The notes below the pieces were generated by a model that worked only from the letters and a program-made list of their open reading frames with translations, searched no databases and was not told the origin of the DNA. The position numbers and the translations under genes are program-made. From positions 1 through 64,000 of the forward strand of contig CAJNYD010000201.1 in the NCBI GenBank assembly GCA_905331295.1: 64,000 nucleotides of DNA. Direction: 5' to 3'. How positions within the stretch are numbered: position 1 is the first letter of the stretch; the number at the start of each line of letters is the position of its first letter. This document shows, in pieces, positions 12,877 through 24,922 of this stretch. This stretch comes from Rotaria socialis. Its lineage: Eukaryota.

Positions 12877-14419
12877 ATGAAATTAGATTGTAAAATTAAA
12901 ATTCAAGATCGACAAAGAACAAATGGATCATCAACATTAAAAGCTGCGAAAGGTGTTGTTGGTCTTGCAAAATCAAATAATGATGAATGGGTTCTTGTTG
13001 TTCGACTTTTCAAAGATACAAATGCTACACAATATAAGGTAGATTGTTAGTACGAGATAGAACTTGAATTCTCTATTTTAGAGTACGGGTGTAAAAACAC
13101 GATAAACACCCGCACCCTCAAGCTTAACCCCCTAATAACGGATGAAAATTCGAATCGGAATGTAATTTCATACTGCTAGATATTAAATTTTGTAAAAGCT
13201 GATTTTCTTCTTTAGCATAAAAGAATATAGACATGTTTTCTTCTAGCTTCGTGATAATGTTCAAGCGCTTCTCCATAGATGTATTAATAATGGCATGGCT
13301 ACTATTCAAATTAAAATGCCACCTCACGATGTACAATTGTGTGAGGTAAGATAAAAATTTTCTTTGTATCTATTTGAAATTTGCTCTTGTGATTTTTCAG
13401 GCTAATGTTGAATCATTAAAAACATTACTTTCAAGCGTTCGTCTAGCATCGACTGGTAGTAATCTTCCATCTTCGATTAGATCAATATCGATCAATGCTG
13501 TTGAAAAACTGCAACGGCCTGCACTACAACTCATAGTCAATCAAGCAATAGATTATCCAACTTTGAAAGGTTTTCCATCGACATTAGAAAAACTAATTGT
13601 CAATGCAGCTCATCTGCGTACACCTGTTGATCGTCGAATATTTACACTTAAAAATTTACATACACTTGATCTATCTGATAATAATATAACCGAGTTGCCA
13701 TCCGGTATTCAAATGAATCATTTGCATACGTTAATAATTCGTTCGAATCAATTAAAATCTTTTCCCAATGATATCAAATGTCCTACGCTTAAACATCTTG
13801 ATTTAAGCCAAAATCAATTAGAAAAATTCGATGTAGCTTTATTAAATATAAGTACTCTCGAACGATTAAATTTATCATCGAATAAAATAAAATGCATTCC
13901 AAGAATAATTCTACGTGTATTACCGCAATTACAAGTATTCAATGTTGCATCAAATTTGGTTCGGGTCATACCTAATTCAATAGCGTCTGGTGGTACACGT
14001 TTGCATACATTTCATTATGATGATAATCCATTGGCTACAGAAAAAATGATTACATGCAAACGTTTTAACACGACACTTCTTGAAATAGCGCTTCGAGCTG
14101 TTATTAAATATAGGTAAACTTTTGATATTATTAAACTTTTCATAAACAAAAAATGAGTGTTTGTTTTAGAATTCCTTATGATTTCAAAACAATTCCTCGA
14201 ACTCTATGCTTATTACTCGATGAATATGAAACGTGCGCTCATTGTGCTTCGGCATGTTTTATTAGATTTGGTGAAATAATTGTACCGAAACAATTATCAG
14301 CAATTGGAGTAACCGTACATGTAACAGCAGCCAATCAATCATTCGCTGTTCCAGTACAAGAACGATATTGTTCAATAAAATGTTTCAATTATGGACTTAA
14401 ACGAGCTGGTATGCATTGA
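12877..14419 (+). CDS. LRR1: Leucine-rich repeat protein 1 (CUL2 substrate receptor)
   Basis: N-terminal PH-like region MKLDCKIKIQDR...TQYK/LRDNV...GMATIQIKMPPHDVQL, then DYPTLKGFPSTLEKL, an LRR array, BC-box-like TLLEIALRAV and a Cys-rich C-terminus; 4 exons. Confidence 0.88.
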
Positions 14420-14706
14420 TTATTATCTTCATTCTTTTTCTTTAAAACAAAAATTATATCTATTTCTAGGAATGATTCAAATGTAAATTCGCATTGAATA
14501 TAGATAGATTCAAGTGTTCTTATAATTACTCAATTTTTTTAAAAATAACTGCAGTCAGATATTTGAACTGTAGATATTCGTCAGTAAAAATAAAAAGAGT
14601 TATAATAACTTTATTTGCTTGCAAAACGATAAAAGTTAACTGATGGTACACAGTAATCCGATTCTATTTTTGGTGAGAATGAATTGCAATTCGGATCTCA
14701 TGCCTA

Positions 14707-14830
14707 CCCATGTTTTGAATGCCTGACCATTTTTTGTGGTAAACCGCGCCATTTATCCTTCCTGCGGTAAATTACACTGACATGGGAGCCGGAAAAGTTG
14801 CCGATTTTCATGCGGTTTTTATTACATGGG
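14707..14830. mobile_element. Possible small MITE remnant
   Basis: GC-richer 124-bp segment CCCATGT...ACATGGG flanked by TA on both sides (10-bp inverted repeat ctacccatgt/acatgggtag). Confidence 0.35.
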
Positions 14831-15807
14831 TAGAATGCATTGTAAGCGATAAGTCTGTTGTTCATTAGAAGTAGCCTTTAGATTTCATGATCCGAATTTT
14901 AGGGTATGTATCTTACATTAGTAGGAAAGAATTTCAGCATCTAACTTCTTAGCTAAAATAGGCTCATAGGGTAGATTTTCACTTTCCTGAAATGATTGAT
15001 GGAATAATACAATCTTCTAGGAGGCATTGTACATAAGTTACGATCATCATTGTTCAATCGATCTTGCGGATTTGGCTGATACTTTTATAGCAGATACTTA
15101 CATCAGAGTTAAGAATAAACTTGACGTTTCAGCTCAAGCGGATGAACTATTTTCGAGATATGAGACCTGAAAGTGTCGGTACTCGATCAAAATTAGACTT
15201 TTTTTTATTGCAATACTTTTCAGTATACTTTCATTTTCTCTCTAGTAATTAACAGTTATCACTGAGATTTTTTCACCAAAGATATTATTGCATACGGGCT
15301 ACATTTTGATAGTTATAAAAATATTTCATCCTCGAATAAATTTTAATTGGTATCATCTATGATTTTCAGAAAGTATGCCCACGCATTTTGGGCAAGTTAG
15401 TCGAATCAGTGAGATATAATTCCTTGAGAATAGTTTCATTTGAAAGAGTACTTCAAAATGTATTGAATGGAGTTCTCAAAAGTTTAGCAGATTAAATTGT
15501 GGCCTAGCAGAAGCGTTAACTTTTTCATCAAAACTTTTAACCCGTAAAAATATTGAAATATCCGATATTTGTATTGTTTGATTACTATCGACTAGTGCTT
15601 TCGAGAAACTAACCACATAGCTTCATAATGCTTAAAATTCTCTATAAATTCATCTATACACTTATCGTGTTACATCTTTTCGATCGAAAAACAGACTGAC
15701 CTATGACCTATCTTGAAGAAAAGACAAATACAATTTGCTTGTACTCTACGTTTGCTTTTCAGCAATCGATTATTTTGTCGAGATTCAGATGAACAATCAA
15801 ATAATAA

Positions 15808-17455
15808 CTAGATGGTATTCAAGTTTTACTCGAATACGAAATGCGATGCGAAGCAGGAATCTGGATTCACGAAAAATTTTCAATTCAGGGAAATCTTGAA
15901 TACTATTTATGTCGACATCATGAAATTCATCACTGAGAAAACTCTATTCTTACTTAGCGATACATTCTTAAGGATCGATTTCGATTGATCGATTAATTAT
16001 CTCCATGATTCATTATCTTAGATCAGCTGTAAATCAATAGACTATAATGGCTAAAATATGTTCATGACGTCACTTTAATTATTTCTTGATAAATTTCTTT
16101 CATTTTCGTCATTTTGGAACCATATTTGTGAGTGAACGGAACTTCAGTTTAAAGATTAGAAAACAAATGTGAAAGGTTCGATCTTGATACTTCGATCTCA
16201 CGTTTCAACGAGTTTTCTACGATTTTCGGTTCTCTAGATTATCGCGACACAAAACGACAGAAAAGATGCGTACGATCTCGAAAAAACAACTAGAAAGAAA
16301 ACGTGTTTTTTTTTGTTTTGTTCAATAAGCAACAATAACATGTAAACGATGAAACATATCTACAGCAAATATCTAAATAAAAGAGCAAGAAATTTCTTTT
16401 TCAATCTATAAGAAATCCTAGAAAAAATAAAAATATTATTATACCAATAACAAATCATTACATACAACACGTGTGTTTCATATATTACGTAATAATTCAA
16501 ACAAATCTTTTTCCAATTTAACTCAAAACATTGGATAAATTTAAATAAATTTTTAAAAATTATAAAATAAATTCTATACTATTAAACATAGAATATATCT
16601 TAATTACATGAACATAATAATGTCTATATCATAATACACATACATAATGTACGGATCTTTCTTTTTTAATATAAATACAATCACAAGGTAATCTACAATG
16701 GAAAAATAAAATACTAAAATATCAACAACACATTATTCAATGAAACATGTCAATGTATGCATTATAAATGTTGACGAAGAATTAAATCAAAACTTTATAT
16801 CAGCAATTGTAAAATCTGAAATATATCGAATGATTTAATACAAAGATGAACAACGTCCAATCATGTTAAATCTATATAAGAATCTATATACAATAAGAAA
16901 ATCATCTAATTAATTAGTATCCATTGAACACTATGTAACTATATAACCTTTAAAGAAACTTAGAATTCATGTTTTTAAATACCAATTATATCAACTATGC
17001 TAGATGGCTCTGTCAGTATTCTATATTTTAAACATATGCTTATTGAACGTTTCATTATATCTATGATTCAATAGCTTAGATTATTTGTAAACCAATAGAG
17101 TATTTGCTCACATATGTTGATTACGTCACTTTAATTATCTTGAAACAAATTTCTTTCATTTTCGTCATTTTGGAACTAAATTGCTGAGCGAACGGAACGT
17201 CAGATTAAAGATTCGAAAACAGGTGTAAGCAGTTCGATCTCAATACTTCTATCTTGCGTTTAAACGAGGTTTTTATCATTTTTGGTTGTCGAGATCATCG
17301 AGTCACAAAACGACAGAAAAGATGCGTACGATCTCAAGTAAAAAAGGAAAAAAAAAACAAACTCGCGACGGACTACAGAAATGCTTCTGCTTCGCATCGC
17401 ATTAAAAAAAACTCGCGACGAACTACATAAATGCTATGCTTCGCATCGCATTAAT
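15808..17455 (-). mobile_element. Non-autonomous Helentron/HINE (DINE-1-like) element, outer copy, interrupted by a nested copy
   Basis: On the minus strand: 5' hairpin ATGCGATGC-GAA-GCATAGCAT (17451-17431); 3' subterminal inverted copy (15841-15856); stem-loop GTATTCGAG-TAAAA-CTTGAATAC (15837-15815); terminal CTAG (15811-15808) followed by TT. Confidence 0.7.
16290..17404 (-). mobile_element. Second copy of the same Helentron-like family inserted in the T-tract of the first
   Basis: Has its own 5' hairpin head (17381-17404). Core ~17058-17337 is a diverged direct repeat of ~16000-16281. Ends in CTAG at 16293-16290 followed by TT. Confidence 0.6.
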
Positions 17456-19039
17456 AAAAATCATAAATAACTAGAGCGCAGTTTTTGTTCTTCTATTTTT
17501 GTTTTTTTACTTAATCAAACTTTTTATACACATTAGATGTTCTAGTAGAATATAAATGCATTTCTAATGATTACATTGAGAAACAATGTAGTTTTCTCAT
17601 AACATAAAGATAAATATCATTCGTAACAAGTAAAAAGTCAGAATATATGACAAAATTACTCCAGTGAATATACTTTGAATGCTTTAGAATCGAATATTAT
17701 TCAATGTTTCATATACATTCTATAAATTTTATAAATGTATAAAATAAAATTTTGTTTTTCGTATTTTTGCATCAAGATATCTATTTGATATATAAACTAT
17801 GAAAAAAGAACTCAACCAATTTGGAATATAGGAAAAGAAAAATATCAAATATAAATATATATGATTATGATTGATGTAAATATATTTTTCATAGATCAAT
17901 ATATTTAGTATATACGGAATTAAATACAATTTTCAACATTGTTTTCATCTTTATCTATTGATTTGAACAGCATAATTGACAGAACTTTTAATTATTGATG
18001 AAGATTTTGACTTTGTTCACGTTCGTTTTCATATTGGTCATCACTTTTTTTAAAGAGATTTTCGTTATTTCAAAAATTTTCTTCATTTATCAACTTCTAT
18101 AATTTAAAATATGCCATCATTTATTTTCATTTGAACATAAAATGAATTTTAATTCGAAAAAAAGAATCATATGTGAATTTACTTGATAAAGTTCATTTAA
18201 TTGATTTGTTTTTTAGTTAAAATCTCCTATATATCGTCTCGTTCTAAAGATATGGCTTTGATAGCTCTCGGTTATATATTTAGTTGAACGAAACAATGTT
18301 TTTACTCTTAAAGTAAGAAAATATGATATAAATTCAATGTTTGATATTGTTGTCAACATAAAATGACAAAAATTTCCCCTTACTCTTCTTTATTTAAACG
18401 AACTATGCCTATCAAAATTATGATACAGAAGTAAGATTTAATGAACAGTATTAATTCGATAGAATCAAAAGCTCGATCAGTTCTTTTTTAATTCACTTTC
18501 AATGGAATAATATGTTGTTTCTAATAGAAGACAAACATCATTTGATTTTGATAGGGGAGAATAGTTTGAAGATTGGTTCATCCATTTTCAATCAGTTTAC
18601 TATTTTATTCCAGATGCACATAAAATGGTTATGTCGTCACATAAATTGAGAGCCTTGAAAAAATGGTATATATCATATTTGCTTGCTGTAAAATAATTCT
18701 TTTGTTGTATGTTGTTAATGTAAACAAGAGAACGAGAATATTATTTTGTGAAAATAAATCAATTAACGAACCATTAGTTTATTGTCACATACAGAGTAGT
18801 CGATGCCTGCTCGTAGTCGAACTCGTAAGTGGGTGAGTTATGCATCAAAAAAGTGTGTTACTTTATTCTTCTTCTTCTTTAGAATTAAGAGAGAAAATTG
18901 ATGGAAAAAGTTAGAATAGTTTTATTTATGTCGACATTGATTAGAAACCAAAAAGTTCTAATAGATAATTATGTTTTATTTTTGTAATAATTTATTATAG
19001 AGCTTTGATAGACAAGTAAAGCAAACATATATTCGTCGA

Positions 19040-20075
19040 ATGTTATACAATCAATTATTTCGATCTCGCCAAATTTTTCTTATCATCGGTCTTACAACAT
19101 TATTGATTGTTGTTAATCATTTGTATTTTTCAACGGAGTCAACAGATACAGTTAGGCTGGGCTCTTTCGATCGAACAGTTAAAGAAAGCAGAATAAAACA
19201 AAAACTCGTTGAAATTAAAGACAGGCAACCATCCTATAAATTATATATATACGAAGGATATGAAGTTGCTTTGGATCGCAATCGAGCACAAACAAAGTTA
19301 CTTGACAATTTAAAACTTCATGATAAATGCCAACAAAATCCGAAAACAATTGTTCTTGATATTGGTGCTTCATTGGGTACTATGCATTTGCTTTCAAATA
19401 CATTCTTTAAAATTTGAGGCATCTGTTTTATGTATAGGTCAGTTTGGCTTGTATGCTGCTGCATGTGGATGTCAAGTTTACATGTTTGAAGTTGATCCAA
19501 TTAAACTTTCATTACTTCGAATGTCGATTAAATTAAATTCATTTGAATCACGCGTAACACTAGTCCCGAAAGCGGTTAGTGATTTACCACCAAAAACTCG
19601 AATTTATATGAGCTTCAATACCAGTAGTCAAGTATCTCATGATAAAGTTAATGATACCTCTGATGTATACTCCGTAGAAACAATCAATTTAAATCAATTT
19701 AATTTTTCTTCAGACATTTATTTACTTCGTGTTGATGTTGAAGGTTATGAAATACATGTGTTTCGTTCAAGTGAAAAATTATTTCTTAGTAGTCTTATAC
19801 ATCATGTTCTATTTCAATATACGCCTTCCGGAACAGATCGAGTACTACAAAATGACCTTCTTGGTTATATGAGAGATATTCTCGGTGGCAGAAGATTTTA
19901 CGCATTGCATCCAAAGGAACCTGTTTTATTTGGACCTATTTATAACGAAGATATTGATCAATTTTACATTCAACATCAATCACAAAATCTAGAAAGAGAT
20001 GTTTATGTACTATTTCAAGATGAAGAATTAAATATTGATTCAAAGTCTTATGAATTTCAAGCATCGTTTGATTGA
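19040..20075 (+). CDS. FkbM-family (Methyltransf_21) SAM-dependent methyltransferase with N-terminal membrane anchor
   Basis: Intron 19377..19437 gives VLDIGASLGQFGLYAAACGCQVYMFEVDP; later LLRVDVEGYE; N-terminal hydrophobic IFLIIGLTTLLIVV. Confidence 0.85.
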
Positions 20076-20566
20076 ATCTCAATAATATCCATAAATTTTC
20101 TTTTCGATTTAATTGACAGCTATTGTTTTATTGATTTTTTTGTATCACTTTCTCTTTTTGTTTCTATGCAAACTGATATGAATTTGATATTAGTCTTAAT
20201 TTTTAAGTAACTAGATTGAAAATTAACTTTTTTCTCTATACATAGGTTTCTAAAAATAAACTGTATGTTGAAATGATTCATCGTATTTTACAAATCTATT
20301 TGAAGTTTAACTGCATTACTTTGTATCATAAATTTGACGGAAGTTCATATAAATCAAATAGTCTTTTAGTTTCAATAACGTAATACGAGAAAAACTTCTC
20401 AAACCTTGGCAACTATTGCCTTGCCTACCCGTATAGAGTCATTATGAGAATAGTCGATCATGTCGTTTTGTTAATTTTAAAATAAATAATTGATCGATTT
20501 TGGTTCCCATATAGCTAATAATAAATCGATTTGATTGATTGGATAAGAATCGTAGATTCTAGGTAC

Positions 20567-20733
20567 CAGGGACGGCACGAACGGGAGGGGCCCAACTTTG
20601 GAAATTTTTGTTTCAATTTTACTCCGATTTGAAGAAAATAGAAGAGATTTTTATTGATTTCCTCCGATTTTTGAAAAAAACCTCCCTTTTTCAAGTAACC
20701 CCCCTATACTTTTATTACTTCGCGCCGTCCCTG
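20567..20733. mobile_element. hAT MITE (167 bp)
   Basis: 15-bp TIR cagggacggc(a/g)cgaa; perfect 8-bp TSD CTAGGTAC at 20559-20566 and 20734-20741. Confidence 0.9.
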
Positions 20734-22594
20734 CTAGGTACTACTTATCGCTATGTTGGTGACTCCATTATCAATTTTTCGAGCAATGTTTTGCTATCTT
20801 AAAATCTCGGATGCATATTTATATGTAACTATTTCTATTGGGTACATAAAAAAAATTTTTTTATACTTTCTCATGTTTTCGAAGAAAATATTTTTTTTGG
20901 CTATTAACTGTTGAAAATTCTTAATTTCTACTTTTAATCATCTTCGTATTTTCGGGAAATATTCCTATGATCAATAAATTTATTTATATGTATAAGATAG
21001 TTTACTCAATCGATCTAATTTGATTGTTATTATTATTATTAATCTTTCAATTTAAAATATTGACATGAAGATGATTTCTATAGCTTAAAGAAAAGGTATG
21101 TAAATGGAGTTGATAATGTTGAATTTTCGAAAAAAAGAATAAAATCGTTTTAATTTTTTAATAAGAATAATGAAAGTTGTTTTCAATAATACTATCAGAA
21201 AAAAAAAGATGTAATTATAATACATATCAAGCGACTCCACTTCATCAGTTTATAATAAATATCAATTATTTAAAAGAATAATGTATATTTATACATTCAA
21301 AACCATGAGACGAACAATTGAATTAACATAAAATATTGTTTTCATCCAAGCTGTATGATATAATCGTTTTATAAATAGGTATGTAATATGTAAAAACGAC
21401 AATTTATTTTGTATTAATAAGATTGTAAAATATATGGACTGTTCAAATATATCTTCCGGATATTTTAGCTTAGGTTGAAATATACTTCTCGTTATATATT
21501 ACTATTTGGTATACTCTATATTGCCATTACTTGATTTAATGTTGTCTCATTCAACATCTGTTTTATGATGTTTTGTTATTAATGTTTGCAAAAGAAACTA
21601 AGTTTTGTCACTGTTAGTCACTATTTGATTAAGAATTAATCATTAATCATTAAATTATATACGTATATCAAATGTAAGATTTCACTTCTTGTTTCGTTTT
21701 TATTTATTCCCTTTGACTTACTGCTTATTGTAAGATATAGGATTAAATTATAACTCGAAATAATAATAATAAAAATGTAAAGAATATTTTTATTCAAGTT
21801 CACGATATGGAGAAACCATCTAGACAATGGATTGTTGAAAAAATGATGGGAACTGACAGAAAGTCAATAATATGTAAGTTACAAAGCAATTAGTTAATTA
21901 TAATTCATTTCTTTTAAGTTTCTATGAACAGTCTTACTTGTTGAAGCCACCCTATAAATCTATTCATTATTATTCTGGAATAGTTCGAAAGAATAATAAG
22001 ATAATTTTCATGATGAATATAGGATCTAAACAGATTTCTAATGACACTGTTTATTTAACTGAACTATTCGTTTTACTTATATGGATGATTATTCTCGATT
22101 TATTATATTGAATAGTACATTCAATTATTCAACTCGAGGGATTAATCGAATAATACACATGTCTCTAGTAATTGTTTTCTTTACATAAATTGAATATCGG
22201 TAAGTGAATAGTAACAACTTTATCTTCTGCTATCACTCGAAAGATTCGAACTCAAACTATCACGTGAACCAAGATTTCTTACGATATTCTAGTGCAATTC
22301 AACAAAATAGAAACTCAGGTGACAAATATTTTTGACTTTATTTTTCTCTATAGGCTATTTATGTTACAATTCATCACTGACGATGTTAAACAAAATTGTC
22401 ACTGAGTTTTTGATACATACATATTGACAATCACGGGAAATATACAAAAAAAATTAAGAAATCATAACTCAACAAAAGAAAAGATGAACATTCTCAAGCC
22501 AAATTACAGCAGATAAATTATATTCGATTAGTGAGGCATTGTACGCTACTATTATTACGTAGTTAATCTAAGAAGAAGAAAAAAGGAATCCATT

Positions 22595-24922
22595 TCATTT
22601 AGTTGTTGTTGTTGGTAAAGTCCGTTGTGGTTGCTTATCAGATGTTGTCGCTGACGTATTTGAAATCTGTTTTTTCTCTGTTGATGTAACAACATTATTA
22701 GGTTTTTCAGTTAATGGTGTTCTTTTCGTTGTTTTCTTATATTGACCATCTGCTCCGCCTCCAATTCTATTACCTTCATTGGATAAAGGCGTCATAGATG
22801 ATCCTATTGATTCGTCGAGATATTTTATTAATTTATTATTACTGGACCCTTTTAATTTTTTAATATGCCAAACGTGCATATGTCGATCGAGACTACCACT
22901 AGCAAGAAGAAACTCCATTGAATTAACACATTGAACAAGGGCTGTGCATTGAACAGCTCGCGTATGTGCCCGTCGTTGAACATGAAGTTTTTCTCCATTT
23001 ACTGCGGAATAAAGTCGAATATCACGATTATCAAGTGGTATAGCTAGAATATCGTGCGATAATGATATACGATTGCATGGTGAAACACACTCAAGTGAAA
23101 TAAGAGGTGAACAAGTAGCTGAACGAGAATCCCAAATGTGAACAAAACCATCATCTGAAGAGGATACAACACGATCATTGCCAAGAAATAGTGCTGAATT
23201 AACAGCTTTTGTATGACCATTAAATATCTGTACAGAATGACTTGGAGTTCGACAATCCCATAAACGAAATGTTCCATCGCCTTAAAGAAAAAAAAACAAC
23301 AATTTTGTTTAGAAGCACAAAATTACCCGGTTTTGCATTTTTAGTGTTCGAATAAATCTATCCACTCAATCATTTCAGTTGAAGTCAGTAGGATAGATAA
23401 AATTCTTGTATTTCGTTCGGTATTATAAATATCTATCTATGATTATCATTTTCCTTCTCTAGATGACAATTTGAAGTAGAAGTGAGTAACATATTTCTAT
23501 ACTAATTTTACTGAATTCAGTTCTTCAGAAAGGAACTCTAATGACAATGGGTTTTTTTTTACAAAAAATTTAATGAATATCAGACGTTCTAATCTAAAGG
23601 CATTAGATGAATTGATTTTTTCCTTCGTCTGAAAGTTCTGAACGATGTCAGGAATAATTTTATCAATTTTTCTCGTTATAATGCTTTTAAAAACAAAGAA
23701 CTATACAGCAGCATTTGTAACAAAATGAAGATCTATAAAGACACGATGTTACTCATCTTCGTCTAAGTTAATGGTTTCCTTTCTTTTCTAAAGTCATAAG
23801 TCATTAAACAAAATATAATTGAAATCAATGAGCCGATTGAACTTACGCGAAGAAGTAATCACAAGCGGTTTTGTTTGATGACAAGAAACATAAGTTAATT
23901 CACCATCATGTCCATATAGTGTACGAAGTGAAGTACCAGTTTCCACCTTTACATATGTATGATATATTGAAAGTAGTATGTTTCAATAACTAACCTGCCA
24001 AATAGTAGCACTTCTATCCCATGAAGCTGATACTACTTGATCTCGTTGAAGCCAATCTGCACAAGATAAAACATCATCACTTCTTAAAGCTAATATAGGA
24101 CTGCGTATGATTTGTGTGATCGATTCGTTGTCTTCATCATCATCATCTTTGTTTTCATCAAAAGACCATTTCCAGACATGTACTTCATGATCTCCACTTG
24201 CGGTTAAAACTAAATCAGAGTCGAAATATCCAAAGCGACATGAATTAACGCTTCCTCGATGACCTTGGTATTGAATAAGAGAACGTCCTGTCTTTCTCGA
24301 CCAAATAATCGATGTTTTATCAGCAGAAGCTGATCCAAAATAACGATCATCCAGACCCCCAGCCTATATAATATTATTATACATGAAATCAATCAAATTT
24401 AAATCGAACCTGAACATCCCATATAACATCTCTATGTTGATTTGTTGAGGAAAAAATTAAATCATCTGATTGATTTCCTGTTCTCAATACAACTCGATTT
24501 CTGATCATTGGAAATATATTTGATGCTCGAAGTTTACTTGTTGTTGTACCATGTGTATTATTATTGTTCAATCCACTATATCGTTCTAATTCCTTTCTTA
24601 AAGCAACATTTTCAAGTAACACAGTTTCAAATTCTTTTTCAACTTGTCGTAATAATTGACGAAGACGAACTTTTGATGCTGAAGGGTTTTCCAATGAAGA
24701 TAAACAAATATTTGTAACGCCAATTAATGGATCAATGTTACCGGTCTCAATAGACGAATTTAATGGTTCAGGATTTTCACTGATCATTGTTGCACATCTA
24801 TAAGTAATAAAATAGAAGATTAGAAAAAGTTATTTATATTCTTTTTTTTTTCTGAGACGTGTCAAAGACAATAATACATACTTGTGAAGAACAGTAAGAA
24901 TTCGTTGCCCGCGATCTGGCAT
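22595..24922 (-). CDS. WDR37: WD repeat-containing protein 37
   Basis: Coiled coil RLRQLLRQVEKEFETVLLENVALRKEL; WD repeats HRDVIWDV, GSASADKTSIIW, GHRGSVNS, ISASWDRSATIW, GHDGEL, GHTKAVNS, PLDNRDIRLY. An in-frame upstream micro-exon 24922-24882 is possible; otherwise the ATG is at 24787. Confidence 0.88.

Noticed and set aside
13081..13119. Imperfect hairpin (cgggtgt...acacccg) in LRR1 intron 1
   Set aside because: Short; no TSD, termini or second copy to support an element or ncRNA call
14835..15750. Non-coding stretch with a repeat-like texture
   Set aside because: No TIR pair, TSD or ORF that I could verify
17356..17455. Two tandem ~50-bp palindromic units, superficially CRISPR-like
   Set aside because: Only two units, no spacers or cas genes, eukaryotic context; explained as the heads of nested elements
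20608..20802. 64-aa ORF (and likewise 62839-63036)
   Set aside because: Chance ORFs running through MITEs, with non-ATG starts
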